Shown here: piece by piece, positions 50,325 through 59,989 of the stretch
How the letters are laid out: every line of letters begins with the position of its first letter
Numbering within the stretch: the first letter of the stretch is position 1
Assembly: GCA_965198115.1 (NCBI GenBank)
Contig: OZ240241.1
Span: 3,200,001 to 3,264,000, forward strand
Direction of reading: 5' to 3'
Source of the DNA: Candidatus Latescibacterota bacterium
GTDB lineage: Bacteria > Latescibacterota > UBA2968
DNA length: 64,000 bases
Made by a program: the position numbers and the translations under genes
Notes under the pieces: model-generated
Seen by the model: the letters and a program-made list of their open reading frames with translations, nothing else
Databases searched by the model: none
What the model was told of the DNA's origin: nothing

Positions 50325-50396
50325 TCCAACACACCACGCACCAAAAGACTCGGTCACGATCGGCGGCGGTCGGATCTATGCAGGGGACGGAGTCGG

Positions 50397-50975
50397 TCAG
50401 GATCGGGCCGCAGCGGCAGCGCTGGTTTTGCGGGACAGGGCGACCTGCTCGCGACGGCGGTCGTGCCGTGTAGACTGTTCGATACTGCGATACTCGCCGA
50501 GCGTTTCGCTCAGCCGTTCCTGCATCAGCTGGCCCAACCGGTAGACGATCTTAAAACCGAGTGAGGGAGAGTGCGCGACCAGATCCATCAGATCGGCCTT
50601 GAAGAATCCGAGCACGTGGGAGCGCGCGACCGAAATGACCGACGCCGCACGAGGTTCGCCGTCGAGCAGTGACATCTCTCCGAACATTCGACCCGGCCCC
50701 AGTGTCGCCAGGAAGATGTCGTCCCCCGAATCATTCTCCAGAATCACTTCCGCTTCGCCCCCAACGAGGATGTAGAGTCCGGCTCCTGGCGCTCCCTCCT
50801 GCACAATCACGTCCTTGGGGAAGTAGTCGCGGCGGTGCAAAAGAGGGGTCAGCGTCTGAAGCTCGCTCTGGTCCAGCGTTTCGAACAGACGGACGCTCCG
50901 GATCACCTCCCGGATGTCATCCCCCTTCTCCTGAACGACGTCGTAGACGTTGCCCCATTCCTCGTCTTGCGGCAC
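50397..50975 (-). CDS. Cyclic-nucleotide-binding domain protein
   Basis: FGEMSLLDGEPRAAS phosphate-binding cassette; no obvious HTH. Confidence 0.85.
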   Translation of the reverse strand: MPQDEEWGNVYDVVQEKGDDIREVIRSVRLFETLDQSELQTLTPLLHRRDYFPKDVIVQEGAPGAGLYILVGGEAEVILENDSGDDIFLATLGPGRMFGEMSLLDGEPRAASVISVARSHVLGFFKADLMDLVAHSPSLGFKIVYRLGQLMQERLSETLGEYRSIEQSTRHDRRREQVALSRKTSAAAAARS

Positions 50976-51112
50976 AGGCTATCCTTCGGCTCGGTTGGTT
51001 AGGTCGTCGTACTAAAAATAAGGTGGTCCAGCCGTTGATCCAACCCTCGCAAACAGAAAAGGACGGACTTGATCTGAGCCCGACCTCTCTCCACAACCTC
51101 GAATGCGTCCGG

Positions 51113-51550
51113 CTACACGTCCGCCAGAACCTGTTCCGTATGCGCTCGAGCGACGACATCGTCATACGCCTTCTCGACCTTGCCGTCCGTCCCGATCACA
51201 TACGTGATGCGCTTGGCCGAACCGTCGCTCTTGTCCTGACAGGCACCGTAGCTCAGACAAACCGCTCTTTCAGTGTCGCACAAGAGCGGATAAGGGAACG
51301 ACTGCTCGTCAGCAAACTTGGCGTTCGCTTCGACAGGGTCAGTACTCACACCCACAACCTGGATATTCTTTGCTTCGAAGTCTTGGATTCTGTCCCGGAA
51401 TCCGACACCCTCAGCCGTTCAGCCGCCGGTACTGGCGCGAGGATAGAACCACATCAGCACACGCTTCCCCGCGAAGTCCGACAGCGTGACCGTCTTACCC
51501 GTATGATCCTGAACCTCGAAGTCCGGCGCATTGTCACCCACGTTCAGCAT
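51113..51550 (-). CDS. bcp: Selenocysteine-containing BCP/PrxQ peroxiredoxin (145 aa, Sec44)
   Basis: MLNVGDNAPDF...WFYPRASTGG-TGA(51419-51421)-TAEGVGFRD...VGVSTD; TGA occupies the peroxidatic Cys of PxxxTxxC; GAGG RBS. Confidence 0.9.
51380..51406 (-). promoter_or_regulatory. Bacterial SECIS-like hairpin
   Basis: GTC-GGATTC-CGGGACA-GAATCC-AA-GAC starting about 12 nt after the UGA. Confidence 0.6.
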
Positions 51551-51708
51551 TGATTTCCTCCATCGACGGGCCTTCGCACCCGACACGCCATCGGGCGACG
51601 ATCTTCAACATAACACGGACTCTGGGGGGCGGCCAATCGCAAATCTGACTTGCTTGGGGACCCGTGACCGCTCATACTCCGTCTGTTCCCAGGCTACGGA
51701 GACTCACA

Positions 51709-52894
51709 GTGCGTATCGCCCACATTTCCGACTTTCATCTGCGACACCACCTGCCAGGTAACTCGCTGAACGGCAAGCGCCGCGGCCGTCTGATGGCCGA
51801 TCTCCTGGCTGAAGCGACGGATGAGATCAACGGGCTGGCAGCCGATCTGCTCGCGGTAACGGGGGATCTGATCGACTACCCTCTCTACGGGCTGGACGAC
51901 CCCGACCTCGGGGCGCGCGGGCTTGAAGAGATGAGACTCGTCAAGGAGATCCTCGACCGAGTCACCTGTCCCGTTGCCTGTCTCTACGGAAACCACGATC
52001 ATCCCGCGCAGTTTCGCGACCTCTTCAGCGAACAGCCGCTCGAACGCGACATCGACGGGTATCGCGTCATCACATTCCTCGATGACGAAGGCGAAGCCCA
52101 TCACCCGGAGCGCATAGACGACGAACGGAAGCGCTTCGACCAGGTCCTGAAGGACTCTGACGAACGCCCTCAGATTCACCTCCAGCACTATCAGGTCTGG
52201 CCGCATCACACGACCGGTTACCCGCACAGCTATCGTGACGCGCCGTCGCTCAAAAATGCGATCGTCCAAATCCGGTCGAGTCCGTCTCGTCCTGAGCGGC
52301 CACTATCACGGGGGCTACAACCTGTTCGAGGAAGAAGGCGTCGCATTCTCGACGGCCACGGCCTTCTGTGAGTTCCCCCACGCCTACCGCACGTACGATG
52401 TGGACGAAACCGGAATCGCCGAACGGGTCTACACCCTCGCCGACCGAATGACGCGCAAGCCGGCCATCCTCCTCGACCACGACGGGCTCCTCGACCCTCT
52501 GGCCGAATCACGCGCGGCCATCGGAGCCCTGAAGCGTCTCTCCGAAGCGGGCTACCTTCTGGTGGGAATCATTCGCCAACGATTGGGAACCACGCAAACC
52601 GTTCGAGAACTCGAAACCGGAAGCGACGGCCTTTTCGACAAGCTCAAGGATCAAGGGGTCGAAGTGAATGGCCTCATCACCCGGTTCGCGAAAGAGGAGG
52701 ATCCGAACACCCTCCTCGCGGGGTGTGAGCATCTGCTCGTCAGCCTTGCACACTCCACCCTCTTCACGGTTCTCGAAGACGAGGAAGCGGCCGGGCGCGA
52801 AGCCGGCATCGGAAAAGTCTACAGACTCGATCCAACCAACTCTGTCGAAGCATTCTGCGAGCACGCACGGGCCATCTGTGGAGCGGCCTCGTGA
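51709..52894 (+). CDS. Metallophosphoesterase + degenerate HAD (GmhB-like) domain; one apparent frameshift
   Basis: HISDFH, TGD, GNHD; extra base near 52267, then SGHYH and ILLDHDG. Confidence 0.7.
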
Positions 52895-53502
52895 ACGGGC
52901 GGGTCACAGACACGTTGATACCGCTCGGGCTCGTCATCGGGCTACACGCCGCGGCGATCGGCGTCATCACACGCGGCTACCTCGGCGATTTTCACACGGA
53001 CGTGCGATTCCCGGCAGAGGAGACGATCGATCGAGCGGGCGAGGTGGAAACGATCCTCCATCACGCGCTCCAAACCGATGTCCACCAGGCGCTCGCGTCG
53101 GTTCTGGCGGCATCACACAATGAGCGTTTGCTTCGCCGATCGGTTCGACGCGTGGCTTACCTGATCCTCTCGAACACCGTGCTCACGCGATCGGGAGCCG
53201 CGACTACATTCGCCGCAAGAGCTCCCGTCCGCTTCGCAAGCGGTCAGACCTCCAAAGGGTTCGAAGCGGCATCACGCAGGTTGTTCGGGCTCCCTTCCAG
53301 CCGTCTCTCCATCGGCGAATTGGCCCTCTTGTGCCGCACGGCCGTCACCGGTCATCTACCCCCGGCCCCCGACGAGGCACTACGTGTTCGCAATCGCCTG
53401 ATCGATCGACTCGAGTCACGCGGCGTGCTCTCGAGAGCCGATGTCGATCGCGAACACGCCCGTCCCCTTACCCTCGCCCCCGACCCGAGCCCGATCTACT
53501 GA
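52891..53502 (+). CDS. Membrane-anchored protein with degenerate transglycosylase-like C-terminus
   Basis: GFEAASRRLFG...LSIGELALL...RNRLIDRL resembles the GT51 C-terminal half; no EDxxF motif. Confidence 0.45.
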   Translation: MNGRVTDTLIPLGLVIGLHAAAIGVITRGYLGDFHTDVRFPAEETIDRAGEVETILHHALQTDVHQALASVLAASHNERLLRRSVRRVAYLILSNTVLTRSGAATTFAARAPVRFASGQTSKGFEAASRRLFGLPSSRLSIGELALLCRTAVTGHLPPAPDEALRVRNRLIDRLESRGVLSRADVDREHARPLTLAPDPSPIY

Positions 53503-53585
53503 CGCCGTGCGTGTGCTCAGTACAGGGGCGAGCGCAACACATTGTTTTCACAAGGCTTAAATGCATTCGATCGCCCTTGGGCGAC

Positions 53586-54077
53586 CTACAGCTTCTTGTA
53601 ATAGGTCACATCCTCCCGTCGGATATCGAATCCCGCCTTCTCGTAGGCTCGCCTGGCCGGCGCGTGCCCTTCGTCCAGCCCCGTCTGGACGCTCGCGTAC
53701 TTGAGCCCTTCTCGCCGGAACAGATCGAGCACGACACCATACATCGCCGAACCCACACCCGACCCCTGAGTGCGGGGGTCGACGGCATTGTTTCCGATCG
53801 TGCCGAGAAAACGGTCCCGGTCGATTCGAAACGTGATGAAACCCACGATGCCGTCGTTGTCGTGCTCGACCACGAGCATCCACGCTGGATTGTGGACAAA
53901 ATGGGAGCGAATCTGATCCGCCTTCCGGTCTTTCCACGTGGGACTCAGATCGTCGTGCATCTCCTTGCCCATAATATTCGTAAAGCTGTCGTGGATACGC
54001 TCCCAGGCCTGCTTCGCAATATCACAGGCTGCATCGACGTCCGTCTCGTCCGCCTGCCGTATTGTATAGCCCTTCAT
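53586..54077 (-). CDS. GNAT N-acetyltransferase
   Basis: NAVDPRTQGSGVG; ARRAYEKAGF. Confidence 0.85.
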   Translation of the reverse strand: MKGYTIRQADETDVDAACDIAKQAWERIHDSFTNIMGKEMHDDLSPTWKDRKADQIRSHFVHNPAWMLVVEHDNDGIVGFITFRIDRDRFLGTIGNNAVDPRTQGSGVGSAMYGVVLDLFRREGLKYASVQTGLDEGHAPARRAYEKAGFDIRREDVTYYKKL

Positions 54078-54262
54078 CAGTTCGACCGAACGAAACATCG
54101 TAGTCCCTTCGCAATTGACTTCGCGCGCGGCCGCTCTATTTTGAAGCTCGTTAGAGACGCGGTTCCACGTGACTGGCAAACACACAGTCCGCGCTCGACC
54201 CGCATCGTGTTCACTTCGCGTCTTCGTGCCTTCGTGTTCCCAACTCTGTATCGAGGCTATCT

Positions 54263-55027
54263 ATGAAACTAGGTTTCGTGACCTACCAAATCGGCAAGGA
54301 TATGGACGTCCCCACGATCATCGACGTCTGCCAGAAGACGGGTTTCCAGGGCGTTGAACTCCGAACGACGCACGCCCACGGCGTCGAATCCACACTCTCT
54401 GCCGAGGAACGACAAAAGGTGCGCAAGCAATTCGAAGACGGGGGCGTCGAAATCGCGGGGATCGGATCCGCCTTCGAGTACCACGCACTCGAAGAAGATT
54501 TGGTGAAAGAGAATATCGCGGGCACGATCGAATCGGCAAAGCTCGCCGCCGACCTCGGCTGCCCGGGCGTGAAGGTCAGACCGAACGGGCTACAGGTCGA
54601 CAACGGGGTACCCGAGGAGAAGACGCTCGAGCAGATCGGTCTCTCGATCCGCGAATGCGGGCAGGCGGCCGCAGACCTGGGTGTCGCCATTCGTGTTGAG
54701 GTCCACGGTCGTGAGACCAGCCGCCCGGACCGAATGCGGGCCATTATGGATCACGCCGACCACGACAACGTTCACATCTGCTGGAACTCCAACTTCAACG
54801 AAGTCGTCGACGGCACGATCGATGAAGCCTGGAATCTCCTCGGCCACCTGATCGGCCTCGTCCACATCACCGAGCTCTGGAAACCGGAGTATCCCTGGGC
54901 CGACTTATTCGCCCGCCTCGCGGCATCGGGCTACGAAGGATACACGCTCGCCGAGATCCCCCCCAACGACGACCCTGAGCGGGTCCTTCATTATTACAAG
55001 GCGCTATGGGACGCCTATCAACCTTAG
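54263..55027 (+). CDS. Sugar phosphate isomerase/epimerase (xylose isomerase-like TIM barrel)
   Basis: GVELRTTHAHGVE, VEVHG, CWNSN, VHI, LAE. Confidence 0.85.
   Translation: MKLGFVTYQIGKDMDVPTIIDVCQKTGFQGVELRTTHAHGVESTLSAEERQKVRKQFEDGGVEIAGIGSAFEYHALEEDLVKENIAGTIESAKLAADLGCPGVKVRPNGLQVDNGVPEEKTLEQIGLSIRECGQAAADLGVAIRVEVHGRETSRPDRMRAIMDHADHDNVHICWNSNFNEVVDGTIDEAWNLLGHLIGLVHITELWKPEYPWADLFARLAASGYEGYTLAEIPPNDDPERVLHYYKALWDAYQP
54870..55027 (+). repeat. Direct repeat copy 1 (3' end of the isomerase gene)
   Basis: 158 bp, 12 mismatches against 57627-57784 by manual alignment. Confidence 0.9.
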
Positions 55028-55098
55028 AGCCGATTGGGAAATCAGGGTCATAGGAAATTGATTAATTCCACATTTCCTATCCGCATAGTGCGCTGCTC
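55027..55098. mobile_element. 72-bp MITE-like element or fused IS-end remnant
   Basis: GAGC...GCTC termini, TTA on both sides, internal IR ATAGGAAAT/ATTTCCTAT. Confidence 0.5.
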
Positions 55099-55101
55099 TT
55101 A

Positions 55102-56394
55102 GGGTTCGGAATAAATAAACGGTCGATCTCAATGTTGAGCCATTGGCCGGATCGTGTAGTTCCAGTCGCCGTGGAAATCGTGCGGAGTGAGATCGATTTG
55201 GGTCATCTGTTCATCGGTCACCTTGACCCCGTTAGGGTAGGGTCGCTTGTCGATCTCGGAGCGTACTCGGAGACCGGCTTGAGTGGTCGTTCCGGCAATG
55301 AGATTCACGGTTGCAGCCAGGCTGACCAGGGGCTTGCCTCGCCAGTTCATAGCGATGAAGGAGAACAGGCGATGTTCGATCTTGTTCCACTTACTAGTGC
55401 CAGGAGGGTAGTGGCATACGGTGATCGTCAGGCCAGTGCGATTCGCAAAGCGCTGCAGCTCCCACTTCCACAGCCGCGTCTTGGCGCCGTTGCTGCCGCC
55501 TGCGTCCGCCGTGATTAGCAGATGCGTCGAAGTGCCGTAGGCGGGCCGTCCCATGTTCTTCCACCAACTTCGGATCGCATTCACGGCGAAGCTGGCCGTG
55601 TCGTGATCGATACCGACACTTACCCAGCCTTCATCACGGCTCAGATCATACACTCCATAAGGGATCGCCTTGCCCTGAGCAGGCACTATGAAATCGTGTA
55701 CCTTCACACGCTCCGGGTCTCCCTTGGGTCGCCATTCTCGGCCAGGATTCTTGAAGTCGCCGATCAACTCTTTCTTCTTGGTGTCCACCGAGATAACGGG
55801 AAGGCCCTGCTGCTGCTGCTGGCTAATCCGATCATCGAGGTAAACGAACTGAGCGTCCCGATCCGGGTGTGCAGATCCCTCCCTTGTCTTCCGATTCGCC
55901 TGCAGCGTGTAATCGTGTTCGTGCAGGAGATTGGCAACGATCCTGGGGCTCACCGAATGCCCCATCGCTTGCAACTCGGCGGCCAGTTTGCGAGTGCTCT
56001 TCGATGTCCATCTCAGAGGATTGTCGTCAGGCGACCCCGCAGTCGTTGGCTCGACCAGATCATTCAGGTCCTGCCACAGCGTCGGGTCCGTGTCGGCCTT
56101 CCGCTTACGACCGCCGCCTGGACGCCGGATGCGAGCCGGGTCCAAAGGTTCGTCCGACCTCAACTCCTGAATGCCACGAAAGATCCGCTCTCTGGACATT
56201 CCTGTCGCCAGAGCCACAATCGCGATCCCACCGTGACCCAACGCTTCGGCTTCCGTGGCGGCCCACAGACGACGCGTGCGTTCCGTCAGCACCGGAGCCA
56301 AGGCTTCATACTTCGTTCGGAGAGTTTCGACGTCCACACTCCGAGCGTAAGATCATTACCTTGAAAAGTGCAGCACTTATTTCGTGGCAAACCC
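55102..56394 (-). mobile_element. ISAzo13-family IS copy 2 (1293 bp)
   Basis: Same ends as copy 1; TTA flanks. Confidence 0.95.
55129..56337 (-). CDS. ISAzo13 transposase
   Basis: 402 aa, one substitution (Q to R) relative to the other copies. Confidence 0.95.
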   Translation of the reverse strand: MDVETLRTKYEALAPVLTERTRRLWAATEAEALGHGGIAIVALATGMSRERIFRGIQELRSDEPLDPARIRRPGGGRKRKADTDPTLWQDLNDLVEPTTAGSPDDNPLRWTSKSTRKLAAELQAMGHSVSPRIVANLLHEHDYTLQANRKTREGSAHPDRDAQFVYLDDRISQQQQQGLPVISVDTKKKELIGDFKNPGREWRPKGDPERVKVHDFIVPAQGKAIPYGVYDLSRDEGWVSVGIDHDTASFAVNAIRSWWKNMGRPAYGTSTHLLITADAGGSNGAKTRLWKWELQRFANRTGLTITVCHYPPGTSKWNKIEHRLFSFIAMNWRGKPLVSLAATVNLIAGTTTQAGLRVRSEIDKRPYPNGVKVTDEQMTQIDLTPHDFHGDWNYTIRPMAQH

Positions 56395-56567
56395 TTAGTC
56401 ACTCTCCAACGAATTCATCAGGCAACCCGGCAGGCCACCTCTCGATCCGAGGGTTGTAAATCGGCTACCATCATACACGGACACGCCACCGGTGCGTTTG
56501 CCGAACCAAAGGTAGGCCTTAGTGCTTTCCGTGGTGGCAAAAACCGTAGTGTCCGAGAGTGGACTGA

Positions 56568-57317
56568 ATGGCTAAACGAAAGAAAGGGACCAAGCGGCGA
56601 CTCGCCGATCTCTACATCGTGGGGATCGGCATTCACGGACGTCGTCACCTTACCTGGGAAGCTGAGAACGCACTCCGCGAAAGCCGCATTGTTCTGGATG
56701 AGACCGGTCAGATTGAGATGACGAAGGAACTCAATCCCAACACAGTCGATATGGCACCTCTCTATTGGACGGGTGAAGAGAGAGAGGTCGTCTACGAGCG
56801 ACTCGTAAAGAGAGCGCTTGACGAAATTGAGATCGGGCCGGGTGTCGCAGTGGTCACCTATGGGCACCCGCTCTTTTTCGACGATATCAACCACCAGCTA
56901 CTTCGACGCTGTCGAAGACGCAAGCTTGACTGTGTCATCGTCCCGGGTATTTCGTGCCTGGATACACTGAGCGTCGATCTCGAGATCGACTACGGCGATG
57001 GCCTACAGGTTTACGAAGCGACGGACCTCGTAGATAACGGTTATCCACTCAACCCCCACGTGCACACACTCATCCTTCAGCTGGGGGAATTCAATCACTC
57101 AGAGACGTCCGATACCCTGGACCCGGCTCCGGGACGTTTGAAAAAATTGGTCGCTTTTCTTCGCAAGACCTATCGGAGAGACCAGAAAGTGGTGATCTGC
57201 TACAGCAATGACGGCTCGGAGGGCTTGTTCCTGAAGACCAGGCTCCATCGGCTGGACAGCCATTGGAGAAAGATCTTCCCGGGGACGACTCTGTATGTCC
57301 CACCTGCGGAGATTTGA
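56568..57317 (+). CDS. Borosin-type (OphMA/SonM-like) SAM-dependent methyltransferase, tetrapyrrole-methylase fold
   Basis: LYIVGIGI...HLT, Y-x5-R-x3-Y (LYWTGEEREVVY), YGHP, PGISCLD, YEAT, TLYVPP. Confidence 0.75.
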   Translation: MAKRKKGTKRRLADLYIVGIGIHGRRHLTWEAENALRESRIVLDETGQIEMTKELNPNTVDMAPLYWTGEEREVVYERLVKRALDEIEIGPGVAVVTYGHPLFFDDINHQLLRRCRRRKLDCVIVPGISCLDTLSVDLEIDYGDGLQVYEATDLVDNGYPLNPHVHTLILQLGEFNHSETSDTLDPAPGRLKKLVAFLRKTYRRDQKVVICYSNDGSEGLFLKTRLHRLDSHWRKIFPGTTLYVPPAEI

Positions 57318-57626
57318 ACCACCCTTGGGTCTGGCCAAATCCCGCCACACGCCTCAGACGTCAGCAACCCACAATCTTCCCGGGTCATGAAAACGCGTTC
57401 GACTCTCAGCCTGCTCGGCCTCCCACTCATCTTCCTTGCTTCCACATACGCCCCCCTCGATCTGACGCAAGCCGATCGCATCCTCGTCGCCGTTGCCCTC
57501 ACCGCCGCGATGCTGTGGACGCTCGAACCGGCGACGACCCGGGCGCCTGGGGGTCGCAGAACGAGCAGGACACGCGCCCCCTCGCTCCGTTCGCCGAAAT
57601 CCCGATGGTCGAGCCCGATCAGCTGG

Positions 57627-57784
57627 CCGAGCTCTGGAAACCGGAGTATCCCTGGGCCGACTTATTCGCCCGCCTCGCGGCATCGGGCTACGAAGGAGAC
57701 ACCCTCGCCGAGATCCCCCCTAACGACGATCCCGAGCGGGTCCTGCACTACTACAAGGCGCTCTGGAACGCGTATCAACCGTAG
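57627..57784 (+). pseudogene. Orphan duplicated 3' end of the isomerase gene (direct repeat copy 2)
   Basis: Encodes ELWKPEYPWADLFARLAASGYEG...YYKALWNAYQP-stop. Confidence 0.85.
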
Positions 57785-57822
57785 ACATCGGGGAATGGGG
57801 GAATGACATAGAACCATCCACC

Positions 57823-58341
57823 CTATGATTCCGCCATTCCTCGATGCTCTGCTTCCTCTTCTACTGACGGGCCGGCGTTCGCCTCGGGCGTCTCCGCCAT
57901 AACAGTGTCGGAGACCTGAGTCTGTAGATCACCCATTGCCGGTGAGGGCGTGAGATCCGGAACGCCGGGCACGACTCGACGTATTTCCTCCATCAACCGC
58001 AGTGGTTCGAAGGGTTTCGCCAGGATCCCACGGACGCCCAATCCCAAGAGTTGTTTGGCCACCACATCCGAGACGAATCCGGACACCACAATGATCGGCA
58101 GCATCAGTCGCCTTCGCTGAAGTGCTTCCAACAGATCGATACCGCTCGGCCCAATCATATGGATGTCGAGCAGCATCAACCCGACCTCCTCTTTCTCGAG
58201 CACGTCGATAGCCTTCACCGCGCTCGGCGCTTGTAGTGGATGATATCCAGCTGCACGCAGAATCTTCGACAAAAGTGTACGAACCTGACGGTCATCGTCT
58301 ACGATCAAGATTCGTCGTTGGCTCTCCGTGTATCTGGGCAT
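57823..58341 (-). CDS. Response regulator (REC + acidic tail)
   Basis: ILIVDDD, LLDIHM, VSG, KPF. Confidence 0.85.
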   Translation of the reverse strand: MPRYTESQRRILIVDDDRQVRTLLSKILRAAGYHPLQAPSAVKAIDVLEKEEVGLMLLDIHMIGPSGIDLLEALQRRRLMLPIIVVSGFVSDVVAKQLLGLGVRGILAKPFEPLRLMEEIRRVVPGVPDLTPSPAMGDLQTQVSDTVMAETPEANAGPSVEEEAEHRGMAES

Positions 58342-58370
58342 TTTGTGGCTCCTCTCTCTGACGGGTCAAC

Positions 58371-59639
58371 TCAGGCTCCAAGTTCCGACAGAAAGGCATC
58401 CGCCTTTTCGAGATCCTGCCTGGCAGTCTGGATGATGCCATCCAGGAACCTGCCACCGAGGGCAAAGCGTTTAACCACGGACTCGTCAATCTCCGACACC
58501 AGGTCTTCCTGCTTCTCCTCGACACTTAATCGATGGCACAGCACGTCCGCGAGGTGGATTAAACACACCATTCGTTGGTATCGACAGGTTCGCCAAGGCT
58601 CGTGGTGGAACAGGATGGCGTCCTGAACCGCTTCAGGGAGTTTCCATTCCCCGGCCAGGTGCCCACCCACGTCGGAATGAGTTAAACCCAGCACATCGGA
58701 TTCGTGTCTGGCGATCGTTCTTCGGTCGTCACCAACCTTCTCGAGAACCGGTTTGTAGTAGTATCCAAAGTATTGACCCAGAACGATCTGGCCGATGTCG
58801 TGGAGCATCCCGGCCAGGTAAGCCGACTCGCTCTCCATCTGAAGAAGCTTAGCGAGACTTCGAGCCACAAACGCTGTTCCAACCGAGTGCCTCCAGAACT
58901 CGCTGGCGTCAAAGGACGTCCCACTGTCGCTCTTGCCCAGACCTTCGATCACCTGAATCGACGCGACCAGGTTGGCGATTTCCTGCAAGCCGAGTAGAGT
59001 CACTGCGAGTTTGAGTGAGTCGATTCGGTTTCGAAAACCGAAGCAGGTGGAGTTGGCCAGTTTGAAGACCGTCGCAAGAAGACCTGGGTCCAGCTGAATG
59101 CGTTCGGCGATCTCGTCGCAGGACGCACCCTGTCGGGACAGTGACGTGATATCCACATAGGTGGATGGGAGCGTCGGCAATCCTTCGATCTCGCGTACAC
59201 GCTGAATCACGCTCGCCTCGATGTCATCCTTGGTCGCGATGGCACCGGACGTCAACACGCTGTGGACCCTCTCCTGCAATACCTCCTGCCCAAAGGGCTT
59301 GGCGAGGTAGGACTGTGCGCCTGCGTTCCGTGCCTTGACCACGCCTTCCTCCGATGGCTTGGCCGCTGTCAGAATCACAGGAATGTCGTTGTACTTCGGG
59401 CTGAGACCCACGAGTTCCGTCAACCGGAGACCATCGCCCGGAACGTCGATGTCGGCGATGATCGCGTGAGGGGGAGTCTGCCGAAGTCGATCCACCGCCG
59501 TGAGTGTATCCGTCGCTACATCTGGCACGTAGGTCTCCGATAGCATATCGGAGATCACCTGGCCGAAGCGGGGTCGGTCGACGACCAGGATCCGTTTCTT
59601 GTCGAACGTGCGCTGGGTTCGAGATCCAATTGCGACCAT
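58371..59639 (-). CDS. REC + HDOD domain signalling protein
   Basis: REC (IIADID, KPF); LPTLP, DPGL, LANS, FWRHS, AGMLHDIG, FHHEP. Confidence 0.9.
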   Translation of the reverse strand: MVAIGSRTQRTFDKKRILVVDRPRFGQVISDMLSETYVPDVATDTLTAVDRLRQTPPHAIIADIDVPGDGLRLTELVGLSPKYNDIPVILTAAKPSEEGVVKARNAGAQSYLAKPFGQEVLQERVHSVLTSGAIATKDDIEASVIQRVREIEGLPTLPSTYVDITSLSRQGASCDEIAERIQLDPGLLATVFKLANSTCFGFRNRIDSLKLAVTLLGLQEIANLVASIQVIEGLGKSDSGTSFDASEFWRHSVGTAFVARSLAKLLQMESESAYLAGMLHDIGQIVLGQYFGYYYKPVLEKVGDDRRTIARHESDVLGLTHSDVGGHLAGEWKLPEAVQDAILFHHEPWRTCRYQRMVCLIHLADVLCHRLSVEEKQEDLVSEIDESVVKRFALGGRFLDGIIQTARQDLEKADAFLSELGA

Positions 59640-59989
59640 ACGATCACTCCACACCGGAACACGTCTTGAAAGGATTCGGGAAATCTGGGGGAAGGCTGAT
59701 GAACAGCAGTCGAACTGCGGAGGTGTGTTTGCAACTCGTGTGCCTGTGACAACAACGGGACACAAGCCGAGCAACGAGAGGGGGTTACTGCGATTGGTCG
59801 CTGAGATGGATCAGGCGTGTAGAATCAGAATCTGGTTCACTCCGATAGATCGATTTGTGACAGGCATCCAGAGCCTTATGAGGCGCGGTTTCCGGTTCAG
59901 CGGACTGGAACGAAATGATCCTGACCTATTGGAAAAGAGGCATTCGAGGATGTCATTCGGAAAGAATCTTGACCACTTACCGGCACTAA

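Noticed and set aside
57387-57626. Hydrophobic ORF after the methyltransferase as the borosin precursor
   Set aside because: Looks like two TM helices of a truncated transporter running into the duplicated segment; no helical binding domain or core peptide evident
54870-57784. Diverged repeat pair as a diversity-generating retroelement TR/VR
   Set aside because: Mismatches are not adenine-specific, are mostly synonymous, and no reverse transcriptase is present
59800-59989. Possible further IS-end remnant next to ISAzo13 copy 3
   Set aside because: Only the terminal GCAC resembles the IS630 end; no partner end or transposase fragment found
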